A DNA stretch of 64,000 bases, taken from NCBI GenBank assembly GCA_951406725.2, contig OX597814.1, forward strand, positions 139,314,001 through 139,378,000, in the 5' to 3' direction. The translations under genes and the position numbers were made by a program. The notes under the pieces are model-generated. The model saw nothing but the letters and a program-made list of their open reading frames with translations, did no database searches and was not told the DNA's origin. Each line of letters starts with the position of its first letter. Position 1 is the stretch's first letter. Of the stretch, positions 1 through 13,487 are shown one piece after another. This DNA comes from Octopus vulgaris. Taxonomy: Eukaryota.

Positions 1-329
1 GTTCAGCAGTCGCATCAACCTACTTGAAGTTGAGATGATACAAAATAATTAAACAATATTAACAATATTTCTAATTTGACATATACGACTGCGTGACGAA
101 TCCTTTCAACACAAATGCTGTCGAAGTTGTGCCAGCATACCATGAACAGCTTTCAGAATTCAATGCAGGCGTGGCTGCGTGGTAAAAAGCTTGCACTCCG
201 ACCACACACTTCTAGATTCAGTCCCACTGAGTGACACTTTGGGCAAGTGTCTTCTACTATAGCCTCGGGCCGACCAAAGCCGTGTGAGTGGATTTGATAG
301 ACGGAAACTGAAAGAAGCCTGTCGTATAT

Positions 330-333
<4 letters not shown>

Positions 334-389
<56 letters not shown>

Positions 390-873
390 CATTTTGGAAT
401 TTGGTTTACAAGATTCTTTATATGAGTTCGTTTGCTGAAGTATATTCTGCTGTGTCTGGGAAGAGTCATTCTCTTGTAGTGCCTTATAATGTAAAACACT
501 CACCGGTAAAATTTCCACTTATTTCATTCTTTATTTTTCTAAAATTTTCGTTGCGTCTTGCAACCTTTTCAATAGTTTTGACTCTGTCTATTATTCACAC
601 TGCGTTCCTTGCTGTTTGTGCGCATGTGTGTGGGTTAGTGTGTGTCTACACATGCATTTATGTATTATGTATGTATGTATGTATGTATGTATGTATGTAT
701 GTATGTATGCATGTGTGTATGCATGTATGTGTGTATGCATGTATGTGTGTATGCATGTATGTGTGTATGTATGTGTGTATATTTGTATATATTTATTCTA
801 CATAGTCATGTGGTTGCGTGTCCGTGTTTATGTGTTTTAATGTATGTGTATGTATGTGTATGTGCGTGTATGT

Positions 874-926
<53 letters not shown>

Positions 927-1020
927 TCCCTGTGTCCTTGTGTGAAGTAAACTGTGTGTGTATATATATATGGTCATGTGTTTCTGTCTTCATTTGTGTA
1001 TGTATGCGTATGTGTGCTTG
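334..1020. repeat. (TG)n and (TATG)n microsatellite cluster
   Basis: Runs at about 334-385, 660-785 and 840-925. Confidence 0.95.
415..580 (-). mobile_element. Putative 3' pseudo-LTR of the Penelope-like element; inverted partial copy at 1693-1738
   Basis: 447-491 is the near reverse complement of 1693-1738 (ATTATAAGGCACTA.AAGAGAATGACTCT.CCCA.ACAC). Contains a GTTGC/GCAAC-GAAA hammerhead-like motif at 539-575. Confidence 0.6.
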
Positions 1021-1230
1021 TCTGTTCATATAACCTATGTACCTATCCATCTGTATGTTGATATGTTTACTTTCATATCCATATGCTTATATACATGTGC
1101 ATATACATATATATATACATACACTCACACACACACTCACACGCGCGCATACATACATCTATCTACATAACAGCTCGCTAACTATTCTACTCTACCTGTG
1201 TAAACTGTGGATATGGGTGTATGATATCTA

Positions 1231-1691
1231 CTATGTATATTTCCTATTTAGTATTGGGAAAGTTTCATTTATGAGGACATACTCCTGTATTTGTCTGAGT
1301 GTTGGGTCCTTTGGGTGCTTGGATAAGATGCGGATGACAAGTTGACCCAAGTTGCCTCCACGTTCGTCCTTGGTATGTTGGTAGAGTATAGAGGACTGTT
1401 TTTTATCGTCATATTGTCTCAAATGTCATTTAGTCGTTCCGCTATGCTCCTAGATGTCTCCCCTATGTATGTCATATTCCTGTCTTTACAAGCACCTTCT
1501 ATGCATCTTATGCTGTAAACTACATTTCTAGTTCTACAGTTAATGCCAGGGCTAATCCTACATACCATGCAGTTATCATTGGTGCATATGGTATTGTCAA
1601 AGGAGTACGTCCTACATAGTTGTGATCTGACGGAATTCCCTGGTTTTTCAACAACCTTAATGTTGAGTTTGGTCTCCTTCAGGGCTTTTCT
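1231..1691 (-). pseudogene. Penelope-like retroelement C-terminal fragment: Cys-rich linker plus GIY-YIG endonuclease
   Basis: Manual translation: KVVEKPGNSVRSQLCRTYSFDNTICTNDNCMVCRISPGINCRTRNVVYSIRCIEGACKDRNMTYIGETSRSIAERLN, a 1-nt frameshift, then HLRQYDDKKQSSILYQHTKD...RQIQEYVLINETFPILNRKYT*. Confidence 0.85.
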
Positions 1692-2914
1692 AAATTATAA
1701 GGCACTAAAAGAGAATGACTCTCCCCAAACACACCAGCTCGAAATACGAGACTAGAAGAAAATCCAACAACTGATGAAGGGTTGTTCTTTATGTTGTTTG
1801 TTTTGCTTTCCATTTGTGTCTTTCATTGTTTGAAAGAATAGTTCCATGTTCCATGTACTCCTGCTTCGTACACTTTTGTTGTACACGTTTCGTGACGTCC
1901 TGTACCCACATATGCATATATATATATATATATATATATACACGCATGGATGTATGTACATATAGGTATGGATGTATGTACATATAGGTATGTATATATG
2001 CATATATATATATATATATAATTGAAACAGGTTTTAAGGAGTGACCACCTATGGCGAAACCACTATGATTTTTTATAATGATTTTTATACATCTTAATAG
2101 AACTTCAACTCATTTATTTGTATATGATTGATTGATTGATTGATTCCAGTTTCAGCTTATGAGCTGTGGCCATGCTGGGGCACCGCCATTAATATATATA
2201 TTTGTATTTAAAATAGCCATTACATTTATACCTAGTGTGCAATTTCTTTGTTTCTTTTTATATTTCACTGTGTACATTTCAAAATGTAACCACATGTGGA
2301 TCGTTGGCGATTTTTTAATTCCATTTTTTTTTCTTCTCTCAGACTTTCCTGTTTCCTGTTTCTGAAGAAGAGCTTTGATGGAAGCGTAAAACTACCTTTC
2401 TTTCCTTCCCTGACCGTCTGCTAATACTTTGCATGTACCACGTCCTCGTGTTGTTGCTTTTTCTCGTGCTTTTCTTCGTTTTTTTTTTGTGAGGGAGTAA
2501 TTAACGATTATTTATACATATGCGTGTGTGTGTATTTCTTTGTCTGCGTTTGTCCTCCACCACCGCTTGACAACCGGTACTGGTATGTTTATGTCCCCGT
2601 AACTTAGCGGTTCGGCAGAAGACACTGATAGGATAAGTACCATGCTTTAAAAAATAAAATAAGTACTGGGGTGAATACATTGGGCTAAAAATTCTTGTAG
2701 GTGACGCCCCTGCAGGCCGCAGTCTAATGACTGAAACAAGTAAAAGATCAAGGATAAAAGATGATGATGAAAACAAATTAAATTTTGACAAATATGGACA
2801 CTAAAATTTATGGGAATTTTTTTGAATTCCAACTCAGTGGAAGAATTATATCTAATTTACTGCTGCCTTTTTCTACTTATGGAATCTTATGGAATCAGAA
2901 TTTAGTGCTTTGAA

Positions 2915-3262
2915 TTGAGATCTGAGACCCCCTTCGGTCAGACACTGACCATGGGCTTGCACCTAGAAAGTTACTCTCTGAGGCACAAGTCTGGGCAAGG
3001 TTTTTTTACGGAAGACCAGCAGTCGCCCATGCATACCAGCCTCTCCTCTCCACGCCTCCAGTGTTATCCAAGGGAAAGGCAAAGGGGCCGATACAGCTTG
3101 GCACCAATGGCGTCAAAAATCATTTCTACAGCTGAGTGAACTGGAGCAACGTGAAATAAAGTGTCTTGCTCAAGAACACAACACGCAGCCCGGTCTGGGA
3201 TTTGAGCTCACAACCTCACGATCGTAAACTCGACGCTCTAACCACTGAGCCATGCGCCTTCA
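2915..3262 (-). mobile_element. SINE family C (body TTGAGCAAGACACTTTATTTCACGTTGCTCCAGT), tail type 1
   Basis: tRNA-like A/B boxes at the 3262 end; body shared with 9045-9258, 12870-13110, 13790-14035, 24150-24476 and 62725-63045. Confidence 0.85.
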
Positions 3263-4334
3263 CCTGCTTTGAATTATATTGTCACTAAAAGGAGACAGTA
3301 TCTAAAAGTTACTGAAAGAGGAAACTTAGTTTATTCTTTAGGAAACTAGAACCAGATATATAACAGTTTCTCAGTACCAGGTTCAAGAATCTCATTCGAT
3401 TAAAGGTAATTTTAATTTCTTTTCTTAATTTATGCAAGATATTTGAGGTAGTTTCAAGTAATCTTATAGTTTCGTGCTAAGAATGTAACTTCTTTTTAAT
3501 CAAAATATGTGTGGTGTAAAACTTACACCCTCATGAAAGTGAGCGTTGTGTGTTTAAAATATAGAAGAATACTGGTTTAAAGAATTAAGATTAAAGAATT
3601 AAACATATCTGAATTCTAACAAGGTAAGTTATGAATGAAAAGCGATAAAATCCAAAAGGTTATAATAGCGAAAAATAACCGAAAAAAATTATTGAACAGG
3701 AAGAAAATTCGGAAAATGTGCATCAGAAAACGGTGGTGCATCGGCATGGCCGCAGCTCTGAGCTGAAACTACAGGAAAAAGAAAAAAAAATGTCTCAAAA
3801 TTCTCTGAATATCTCGGAAAGTATAATGACTGCGGTACAGTAATTTCTTCATAAAAAGTTATAACAAAGGTGAAAATATTGTAAAGAAAAGCATCATGAT
3901 GTCGAATGTGTTATTACTAATTAGAAAAAGAACTAAGTAGAAAGTGAAAAAAATATACCATTGTATTTAAATATATTTTTTTGTATTTATATATCATTGC
4001 GTTTAAACATAGAAAAAAACTGCATGAAAAGCTATTGACGCTTCTGTTAACAAGCAAAGAGTTAATTCAAAAAATACATTACACTAAAGAAAAAACAATG
4101 CAATAAGTTTAATTAGAATAATATAAAAAGAGCTGTGACATTATAATTACAGTATAGATAAAATGTAAAATACTTTCACCGTGCAATTCGTCGTTTCCAA
4201 TCTGTCAGAATTTTTTTCAACGTAGTATACAGTTTCATTGTAGTTCAAGAATATATAATTTCGAGCGCACAGCTAGTGTAACTAAAATAACAACTGTTTC
4301 CAGTGTGTGTGTGTCAGCGAAATATGTATATTGT

Positions 4335-4752
4335 TTATTTCTTTACTACCCACAAGAGGCTAAACACAGAGAGGACAAACAAGGACAGACAAACGGATTA
4401 AGTCGATTATATCGACCCCAATGCGTAACTGGTACTTATTTAATCGATCCCGAAAGGATGGAAGTCAAAGTCGACCTCGGCGGAATTTGAACTCAGAACG
4501 TAGCGGCAGACGAAATACCTATTTCTTTACAACCCACAAGGGGCTAAACACAGAGAGGACAAACAAGGACAGACAAACGGATTAAGTCGATTATATCGAC
4601 CCCAATGCGTAACTGGTACTTATTTAATCGATCCCGAAAGGATGGAAGTCAAAGTCGACCTCGGCGGAATTTGAACTCAGAACATAACTGCAGACGAAAT
4701 AACGCTAAGCATTTCGCCCGGCGAGCTAACGATTCTGCCAGCTCGCCGCCTT
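4335..4752 (-). mobile_element. tRNA-derived SINE family A (central GCCTTTCATCCTTTCGGGGTCGAT, Nin/Deu-domain-like), dimer
   Basis: Two tandem units bounded by a 22-bp target duplication with one mismatch (4313-4334 / 4753-4774). Confidence 0.9.
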
Positions 4753-5430
4753 GTCTGCGAAATATGTATATTGTCAACAACGTTGCAGTAACTTATGTGA
4801 AAGCCTTCACCGTATTAATTGAGATGATGTGAAAACATCATATTGTTCTCTTAAATAAACAGAAAAAATAACTGAGAATCTCCTTTCAAATGTTTCGGGA
4901 TAATTTTCCCTCCTCAGATAAAATGTACCACTATTCTTCGGCTGCTCAGAAGACTTTCAATGGAAATCGATATATATATCGTTGAGGATTACAAATAAGT
5001 AATTGTAAAGCAGTCCTCACTATATATGTTTCCGGTAAATTGAATTACATTATATCCTATATTAATATCTATTATTTAATTTACTACGAGATTAACTAAG
5101 GCATTATATGCAAATCAGGACTGTTGTTAATGTTATGCTAATAAGTTACTGCAAGTATGGCGATTAAGATCCAACGTTCTCTGATTAGTGGTAGATCTAG
5201 TCTGATGAGTGATAATTACTCCGAAACAGTCTTGTAAGGAGGTTCCCAATATTTTTTTCTGAAACAATCTCGGCAGACTCTGTTGAATTAATCCCGAATA
5301 TGTAATGCACACAAGTGGCTGCTGGAAAATGTTAACGTGCTACTATTTACCTACGAGAGATTATCTAATAGCTTTAGGCCTGTACAATGTGTTCGTAAAA
5401 TGGACAGACTTGTCGGTAGAAACACAATAA

Positions 5431-5845
5431 AAGCGGCGAGCTGACAGAAACGTTAGCACATCGGGCGAAATGCTTAGCAGTATTTCGTCTGCCGCTACGT
5501 TGTGAGTTCAAATTCCGCCAAGGTCGACTTTGCCTTTCATCCTTTCGGGGTCGATAAATTAAGTACCAGTTACGCACTGGGGTTGATGTAATCGACTTAA
5601 TCCGTTTGTCTGTCCTTGTTTGTCCACTCTATGTTTAGCCCCTTGTGGGTAGTAAAGAAATAGGTATTTCGTTTGCCGCTACGTTCTGAGTTCAAATTCC
5701 GCCGAGGTCGATTTTGCCTTTCATCCTTTCGGGGTCGATAAATTAAGTACCAGTTACGCACTGGGTCGATGTAATCGACTTAATCCCTTTGTTTGTCCTT
5801 GTTTGTCCCTTCTATGTTTAGCCCCTTATGGGCAATAAAGAAATA
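5431..5845 (+). mobile_element. SINE family A dimer
   Basis: Head GCGGCGAGCTGACAGAAACGTTAGC; second unit begins GGTATTTCG; TSD AGAAACACAA at 5418-5427 and 5846-5855. Confidence 0.9.
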
Positions 5846-5889
5846 AGAAACACAAGTCGTTACTGTGATGTAAGTGTCATATGAATTCA

Positions 5890-6139
5890 TATTATATATA
5901 AACGGCAGTTTGTCTGTGCGTGTTTCTGTGTGTCTGTTTGAAAAAAATCGATAAATTCGACATGGGGTCGAGAATTAGAAACACAAACCGCAAACTGTCT
6001 AGGGGACGCAACTCCACCTTTTTTAACTAAAAAAAAAAATTACCATCATTTTTTTTGCTATTTTTTGGCTATAACTCTCTAAAAATGCTTTATAGTTATT
6101 TCCCTTACAAACCTGAGCAACGCCGGGCGATACTGCTAG
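5890..6139 (+). mobile_element. Non-autonomous Helitron-like element
   Basis: Subterminal hairpin-like CCTGAGCAACGCCGGG followed by CTAG|T; no TSD or TIR; 5' TATATATAAA-(GTCT/GT)-type start. Confidence 0.55.
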
Positions 6140-6849
6140 TTATGAATAAAAATATTAGTAAAATATTCTTATCAAACCAATCATAATGATCTTGGTCAGC
6201 TCATGAATATCACATATGTACACTAAAAATAGGATTGGAAGCTCGCTTCGCAACCATGTAGTTTTGTGTTCAGTTCTACTGCGCAGCACTTTGGACAAGT
6301 GTCTTCTACTATAGCCCCAGGCTGACTAATGCCTTTTGGTAGACAGTGACTGTGTGGAAGCCCGTTGTAACTATATATGTTAGAATATGCTTCCATAGAT
6401 AAATATATAGAGAGAGGGGGAGGGAGGGAGAGATAGGTGCGTATCTTTGTATTAGTATATTCCCCCGCCACCGCTTTACAAAAGGTGTCGGTTTGTTTAT
6501 GCTTCCGTAACTGAGCGATTCGGCAAGAGACGCTGATAGAATAAGTACCAGGCTTAGAAAAATACGTACTGGGGTCGATTTGTTCGACTAAACCCTTCAG
6601 GGCAGTACCCCAGTCCTATGACAAAAACAAGTAGAAAAAAAGGGATTTCCTAAACTTTGGAAGTCTGTCTTTGCTTTGGCAGATGAAGAAAGATGAATAG
6701 AATAAATCCAACGTTATTTCTATTTATCTTTTCCTTTTCCTTTTTACTGTCTACTTTAATTTACAATGAAGTCTATAATCTGAATATACTGTTGGATTAC
6801 CTCTCTGTTTGTCATTACTGATGGGATAGAACCATGCGAAAATCGGTAT

Positions 6850-7395
6850 TTCATCGGTTACAACGACGAGCGCTCCAGCTGATCCGATCAACGGAACAGC
6901 CTGCTCTTGAAATTAACGTGCAAGTGGGGCTGAAAACTCCACAGACATGCATACCTATTTCTTTACTACCCACAAGGGGCTAAACACAGAGAGAACAAAT
7001 AAGGACAGACAAACGGATTTAGTCTATTATATCGACCCCAGTGCGTAAATGGTACTTAATTTATCGACCCCGAAAGGATGAAAGGCAAAGTCGACCTCGG
7101 CGGAATTTGAAGTCAGAACGTAACGGCAGACGAAATGCCGCTGAACATTTCGTCCGGCGTGCTAATGTTTCTGCCAACTCGCCGCCTTAGACATGCATAC
7201 CATTAACGTAGTTCTCAGTGAGATTCAACATAACACAGAATGTGACTAGGCTGGCCCTTTCGATTACAGGTACAACTCATTTTTTGCCAGCTGAGTGGAC
7301 TGGGTAGTGTGAAGTATAGCGCCTTGCCGGGAATCGAACTTATGACCATACGATCGTGAGCTGAATACCCCTAACTACTAAGCCACGGGCCTTCA
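6850..7395 (-). mobile_element. tRNA-derived SINE family C interrupted by a SINE A monomer (6956-7189)
   Basis: Host matches the intact copies at 24150-24476 and 62725-63045; the nested SINE A is flanked by TSD AGACATGCATACC. Confidence 0.85.
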
Positions 7396-10300
7396 CATGT
7401 GCAAACATGTTTATGGATACCGATATAGAGTAAACTATGAATTATTAACCCTTTGGCTGTGTAATTAAATTTCATGTTAATTATCCGCCAAAAACATAGA
7501 ATTCATATTTTCTACTTTTGCAATGATTTTTCCCTATCTTCTGTACGTGCGGTTTTCATATCCACTACCCCAAAACATTTTATTCTTGCTCTGTAAAGAG
7601 ATATTTTAATAAATATCTGAAAAAAAAAATTAAGAAAATCTGAAAAATCTTCTTTTGTAAAAGGTAGGTGTCACTGAGGGTGTCTCCACTTCTCACAGCA
7701 TAAGGAGAGATGTTTTGAAACCGCTTTCCACAGTTAATTGGTAAAAAAATTTCGAGCTGATGTATCCGTTTTCTGCCTTCAGAGGGCTAAATAAACTTCT
7801 ATTTAATTGTGTAGACATTACGCTTAAATTTTTTTTTTTCCTTTTCCATTTTTCGTATTTTTATTTCTTTCATTCCCTTTCATTCAAAAAATAGAACTAG
7901 CCAATCAATATAACGCTCTTCAGAAAACTAGAAATCAGTTGTCCGGCAGACGTTACCATAATGTTAGAAATAAAAGAGATAAAACATTTATGACGAATTA
8001 ATGAGAAATTTGCAGATTCTATAACCGGTGTATAACTTTAGATTTACACCTGTGCTTAAGGATGGACCTGGTTATGTAACTGTCTCCGAACAAAAGTGTG
8101 AAATATTCCAGAAGTTTAGCCTGTTGTATGAACAGCTATATACGTGTGGATATACTAATAAATATACATGTATACACACACAAGTGAAAACATACAAATT
8201 TGCTTACGCAAGGCATACATGCTTGCAAACATACATGTACACGAATGCATACGTGAGCAAATACATACAAATATGCCATACTTTTCTCAAGTTCAAAATG
8301 TGAATTTATTTTATCACCTACATTTCAACTTTGTTGCTTTGAATCTCTGTTAGAGACCAACTCCTTCAAGAAGACTTTAAACCATTATCAAAAGACAACA
8401 TACATACATACATACATACATACATACATACATACATACATACATACATAAATTCATACAATTTGCAAAACTTCTTTAAAGTTCAACATGTACCTCTTTA
8501 CTGTTGTTGTTATCCAGCGCTGGAGCTTGGATTTTTTGTTAGAGACCAGCTCCTTTATTGGAATAACTCAAATAATTAAACAAGAAAGATAACATAGGCA
8601 TATAACTACCTGATTAATTTCATCTAAATTACATTTCCATAAAAGTGCCTTCAGTACGAGTGAGAAACTGGCTCTTTCGATATTAGAGTGAAGTTTTAAA
8701 ACTAAAACCAGAAGAACAGGTATACATAAAAACATGATGCCAGTCAAAAGTAGCCATACAACTGCTGAGGAATCTTCAAAATTACGTTTTGATATTTTCT
8801 TCTACAATTTTACCGGCCTAATTCAATTCTAAAACCATTGTCAGTTGTTTATTTTGTTACGTGCATAGAAAAGAGAAGCATCTTTTACTGAGCAACTCAG
8901 CGCTATTTAAGCCAGATTGTATACAATACTTTACACCGAATAGGATTTTGTTTTGACAATTATGGTTGACACTGATAGAAACATCAACACCACCAACACC
9001 AATACTATAAAGTAGTAAAGTTCCTTCCTAATATAGATTCAAAGGGCCGATTTCCCGGTTTCCATGGCGTATATATCCCCCACCTGGACAGGACACTGGT
9101 CTGTCACAGGATTACTAATTTTTGCCAGCTGAGTGGCCTGGAACAATGTGAAATGAAGTGCTTTGCTCAAGAACTCATCGCGTCGTCCGGCCTAGGAATT
9201 GAAGCCACAATCTTACGATCATGAGTCCAACACCCTAACCACTAAGCCACGCGTTTCCACCAATACCAATAGTACTACTAACGGTACTACCAAATCTGTG
9301 AGCTATTTAAACTGGTCTAAGTACCCTGTTCATTTCACTTGGTCTTTAAATTTAAGTCAAGATTTATTCTGGTGCTAACAAAAAACTCTGTGAGAATCAT
9401 TTGATCGTCTTTATGAAGCAGTTAAGGAATTGCTCTTGAACAAACTCAACCCAAACTTAAACCACTTCACATATAAAGCAGCTTCAACAACAAATATTTT
9501 TCTTTACACAAAAAAAAATTGCTTGAAATTGTAATTTTAGCTCCTGTAATTTCAATCGATTTTTTTAAGACATACGACTCAAACCAAAAGATACCATAGA
9601 AGAGGATGATATAAATGTAAACAAACCGCAAACTTCCTCTCCACCATTACTACCATTCCTCAACACTTTTGTATTTCTGCATAACAACAATAATCGACAG
9701 AGACTAATGTAAAATACATAAACTTAAAAACAATTTGCAATTAGAGTCTGAAGAGAATTTTTCGAAATTCTCAAAACTGTCTTTAGACAACAAGCTGTTT
9801 TTGACGAGAATTAAAAACAAAAGACTAACCACACTTATATTACAAAATATCGATAATATCGCTAGAGACCAGAAATATGATAACACATATTGGACCATTT
9901 ATTCTTATCTGTATACATCTCTTATCGCTCTTAAACAACACCTTGGACAGTGGTTCTCAAAATGACAAATACCAGCCACTACCTTCACCCCTAACATCCA
10001 CTCCCACCAAAATAGAGAAATATTTCGGAACCCTCTCCTTTATTTATGAGAAAATACAACTTGAATCCATATCATTCTTCATCGCGGTGTTAGACAAATT
10101 AAAAAAAAGAAAGCATCTTAATTTCATTATAGACGACAGTTTGTCCACCACTTTTCGATCCTCTCACCCCTAAGAGAAACACTGGAAACGCATACAATAC
10201 ACGGGGAGATGAAGTTATTCGATATCTGCCACCAAGGTAGATAACAAAAATTAGAGAAATATATCAATAATCTTCGCCGCAGAAACGGAAATTTAGACAC

Positions 10301-10603
10301 TGACATATCATTGATGGAAAACAATACTTTATTCACACACCAACTAGGTGTTATGAAAACAAAATAAATGAAAGACAAAGTTAATCCTGATAGGATTTGA
10401 ACTCAAAACAGAAAGGATTATGACTATATATTGGGTTCATATTTTTGCACAAAACCAGAAGTTTCAGAGGAGTGAGTAAGTCTATTATATTGACCCTAGT
10501 GCTCAACTGGTACTTATTTTATAGACCCCGAAAGAGTGAAAGGCAAAGTTAATTCCGGTGGCATCTGAACTCAGAACGTCAACTCGAAGGAAATGAAACT
10601 AAA

Positions 10604-11095
10604 TATTCTTTTCTACTCAGGGCACTAGGCCCAAAATTTGTGGGGATGGGCCAGTCGATTAGATTGACCCCAGTACACAACTGCTACTTAATTTATCGAC
10701 CCCGAAAGGATGAAAGGCAAAGTCGACCTCAGAAGAATTTGAACTCTGAACCTAAAGACAGACAAAATACCAGTTTCTTTACTACACACAAGAGGCTAAA
10801 CACAGAGGAGACAAACAAGGACAGACAACCGGATTAAGTCGATTACATCGACCCCAGTGCGTAACTAGTACTTAATTTATCTACCCCGAAAGGATGAACG
10901 GCAAAGTCGACCTCGGCGGAATTTGAACTCTGAACGTAACGGCAGACGAAATACCACTCAGCATTTCGCCCGGCATGCTAACGTTTCTTATTTCTTTATT
11001 TCCCATAAGGGGCTAAGCATAGAGGGGACAAACAAGAACAGACAAATGGATTAAGTCGATTATATCGACCCCCTTTATGCCAGCTCGCCGCCTTC
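10604..11095 (-). mobile_element. SINE family A composite (two units plus an inserted tail fragment)
   Basis: Repeated GAAAGGATGAA.GGCAAAGTCGACCTC blocks; flanking duplication TGAAACTAAATATT. Confidence 0.85.
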
Positions 11096-11629
11096 AATTG
11101 AAACTAAATATTGTAAGGTCTCTTCGTTCTGCAATGAATTATTTGGAAATTTTCTTCAGAACTCACGTCAGAAGAATAAATAATTATTAAGTGATGTTAA
11201 CTAGTGCCATTAATGAGGTGTTGATTATCAGCAACATTAAGCCCGTTTTTACATGTAAGGAAAAATTCGGGCTTTTTTTTTTTCCTCCACTTCGTTCTCA
11301 CTCATTTAAATTAATTTCAAAACTCTGTCAACCATACTGGAGTCTTTTGGCCAGGGGAGTGGAGTTTTCTTTCACGTTTATTGATGACAAATAAAATTTG
11401 GGCTGCCATAAAAGAAGCGAATGAACTTTAAATCAAATAAAAAGGGGGAAAATATTGATAAACATGATTGATGACAAGGTCATTCGGATTTTTTTTTTTT
11501 TGTTTTTCCTGAATTATTTTCACTTTCGGTTTCCTTTGCTTCTTAGGAACATAGAAGAAAAGATCCGTTTCAAATAACCGAAATACGATAACACCATTTG
11601 ATTAATATTCTTTAAGAATCGAAGCACGA

Positions 11630-11990
11630 AGAAAGAAGAAAGGGGGAAGAAGAAGAAGAAGAAGAAAAAGAAGAAGAAGAAGAAGAAGAAGAAGAAGAAG
11701 AAGAAGAAGAAGAAGAAGAAGAAGAAGGTGGTGGTGGTGGTGGTCGTCGTCGTCGTCGTCGTCGTGGGGGAAGTTCTTTAGGAATCAAAACGTCGTGGGG
11801 TAAGTGGTGGTGATGATGATGAATACTCTTTAGGAATCAAAAGAAGAAGAAGAAGAAGAAGAAGGTGGTGGTCGTGGTCGTCGTCGTCGTCGTCGTCGTG
11901 GCGGAAGTAGTGGTGATGATGATGATGATGATGAATACTCTTTAGGAATCAAAACGAAGAAAAAGAAAGAAAGAAAGAAAGAAAGATTTC
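11630..11990. repeat. Compound microsatellite (GAA)n/(GGT)n/(CGT)n/(GAT)n with a higher-order repeat unit
   Basis: The spacer TCTTTAGGAATCAAAA recurs three times between trinucleotide runs. Confidence 0.9.
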
Positions 11991-12609
11991 AAAAGTTCTC
12001 AATGAAATTAATAAAATATAAACACAAATACCTGCAATTTTTATTTCTGTTGCTGTTTGTGTTTTCCAGCTTTCTGTTTTTTAACGGAAAGCCACATTGT
12101 AATTAATAACAAGAAAAGTCAAAAAGATAAGGCAAGAGAATTTTCCTTAGTGCAGAGAAATGTCTCAATGACATGCGTGAAGTCGAATTTAGCAGCATTT
12201 TGTGATTCAGTTTGTGATGTTTGCAGAATCATAGAACATCTAAAAATCCATCTGAGATCGATGGATGTTATCGTCCTGTCTCTAGCATAACACTATTCCT
12301 ATGGCCAGTGCATTTAATTCTCATCGTGCTAGTTTGCCTAATTGTCAATATGAAATGAGACGAGTGGGTACAGCTTTAGGCGCTGGTGATTTGGACGGTT
12401 GACTGGACATTCAGGCTGTTTTGGCCGTAATGCTTCCGGGCACTTGAGATAAATACGCGCACGTACGTAGAAATATACGCATTCACATAAAAAGAGTGAA
12501 ATGGAAGGAGGGACAGACAGACTACAATTCACTAACTGAACATGATTAACATAACTACATCCCCTTTCCTTATACTCATGAAGAGAAATATACTCACACA
12601 CGGGAAAAG

Positions 12610-12668
<59 letters not shown>

Positions 12669-12669
12669 C

Positions 12670-12710
<41 letters not shown>
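12610..12710. repeat. (GATA)n microsatellite
   Basis: Direct reading. Confidence 0.97.
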
Positions 12711-12711
<1 letters not shown>

Positions 12712-13410
12712 AGAGAGACCGAAAGTGAGAGGACGAGAGAAGCATTAAAATGAATGAAAGGTTAAAACGTCTGATGACAAATAAGTCAACGTCAAATCAG
12801 AACGCCAAATAGCCGGCAGCGCCAAAACGGCAACTCTAAAATATCTCTTACTCGTGTCAATCATACGTGATCATGTGACCGACCAGGCTATCAGATGTTG
12901 TTTCCCATCGCCGGTCACAATGCGCTTTTGCATTGTTTGAGCCTTCAAATGACGCCACCTCACTGGCTAGGCGAGCTGGTCAACAATCCCACCTGATCGA
13001 AGAAGGACTGGAACAATATGAAATGAAGTGTTTTGCTCAAGAACACAACTCACCGCCCAGTCAGGAATCGAACTAACGATTCAACAACCTAACCTCTAAT
13101 CCACGTACCTTCACACTCATGTCACCAGTAGCCCTAAGTTTAATTGTTTACTAATGGAAACAGTAGCAAGCATCGTAAAATAGTTGGGTATTTTTGTGGT
13201 CGTTTTTAGTTACTACCACTGAATCTGGATTCCGTTGTGGGAGGCGAGGGTGGGTTATTATGAAAATACTAGCCACAAAGCATTCTTTTAAATTCTGTTA
13301 ATTTATACTGAATGGTAATTTTGAATAAGTTTTACAAGTTTAAAAGTTTACTGCACTACTAAATAGTGTTATATTATTGCGGCTCACAGTCGAGTACTGC
13401 ACACAGACCC

Positions 13411-13487
<77 letters not shown>

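Noticed and set aside
153-1170. Overlapping CVCV/HTHT/MYVC ORFs
   Set aside because: Translations of (TG)n and (TATG)n plus a SINE B head.
4335-4752. Direct repeats resembling a CRISPR array or LTRs
   Set aside because: Units are SINE monomers of about 180 bp with no unique spacers, no cas genes and no LTR termini; eukaryotic context.
4305-5577. Recurrent peptides MRNWYL...RKDERQSRPRRNLNS and CVTGTYLIDPERMKGKVDLGGI suggesting a gene family
   Set aside because: They are SINE A translations that recur wherever the SINE occurs.
9704-10378. Cluster of short non-repetitive ORFs
   Set aside because: No recognisable domain or consistent splice signals; possibly a decayed retroelement, but I cannot support that.
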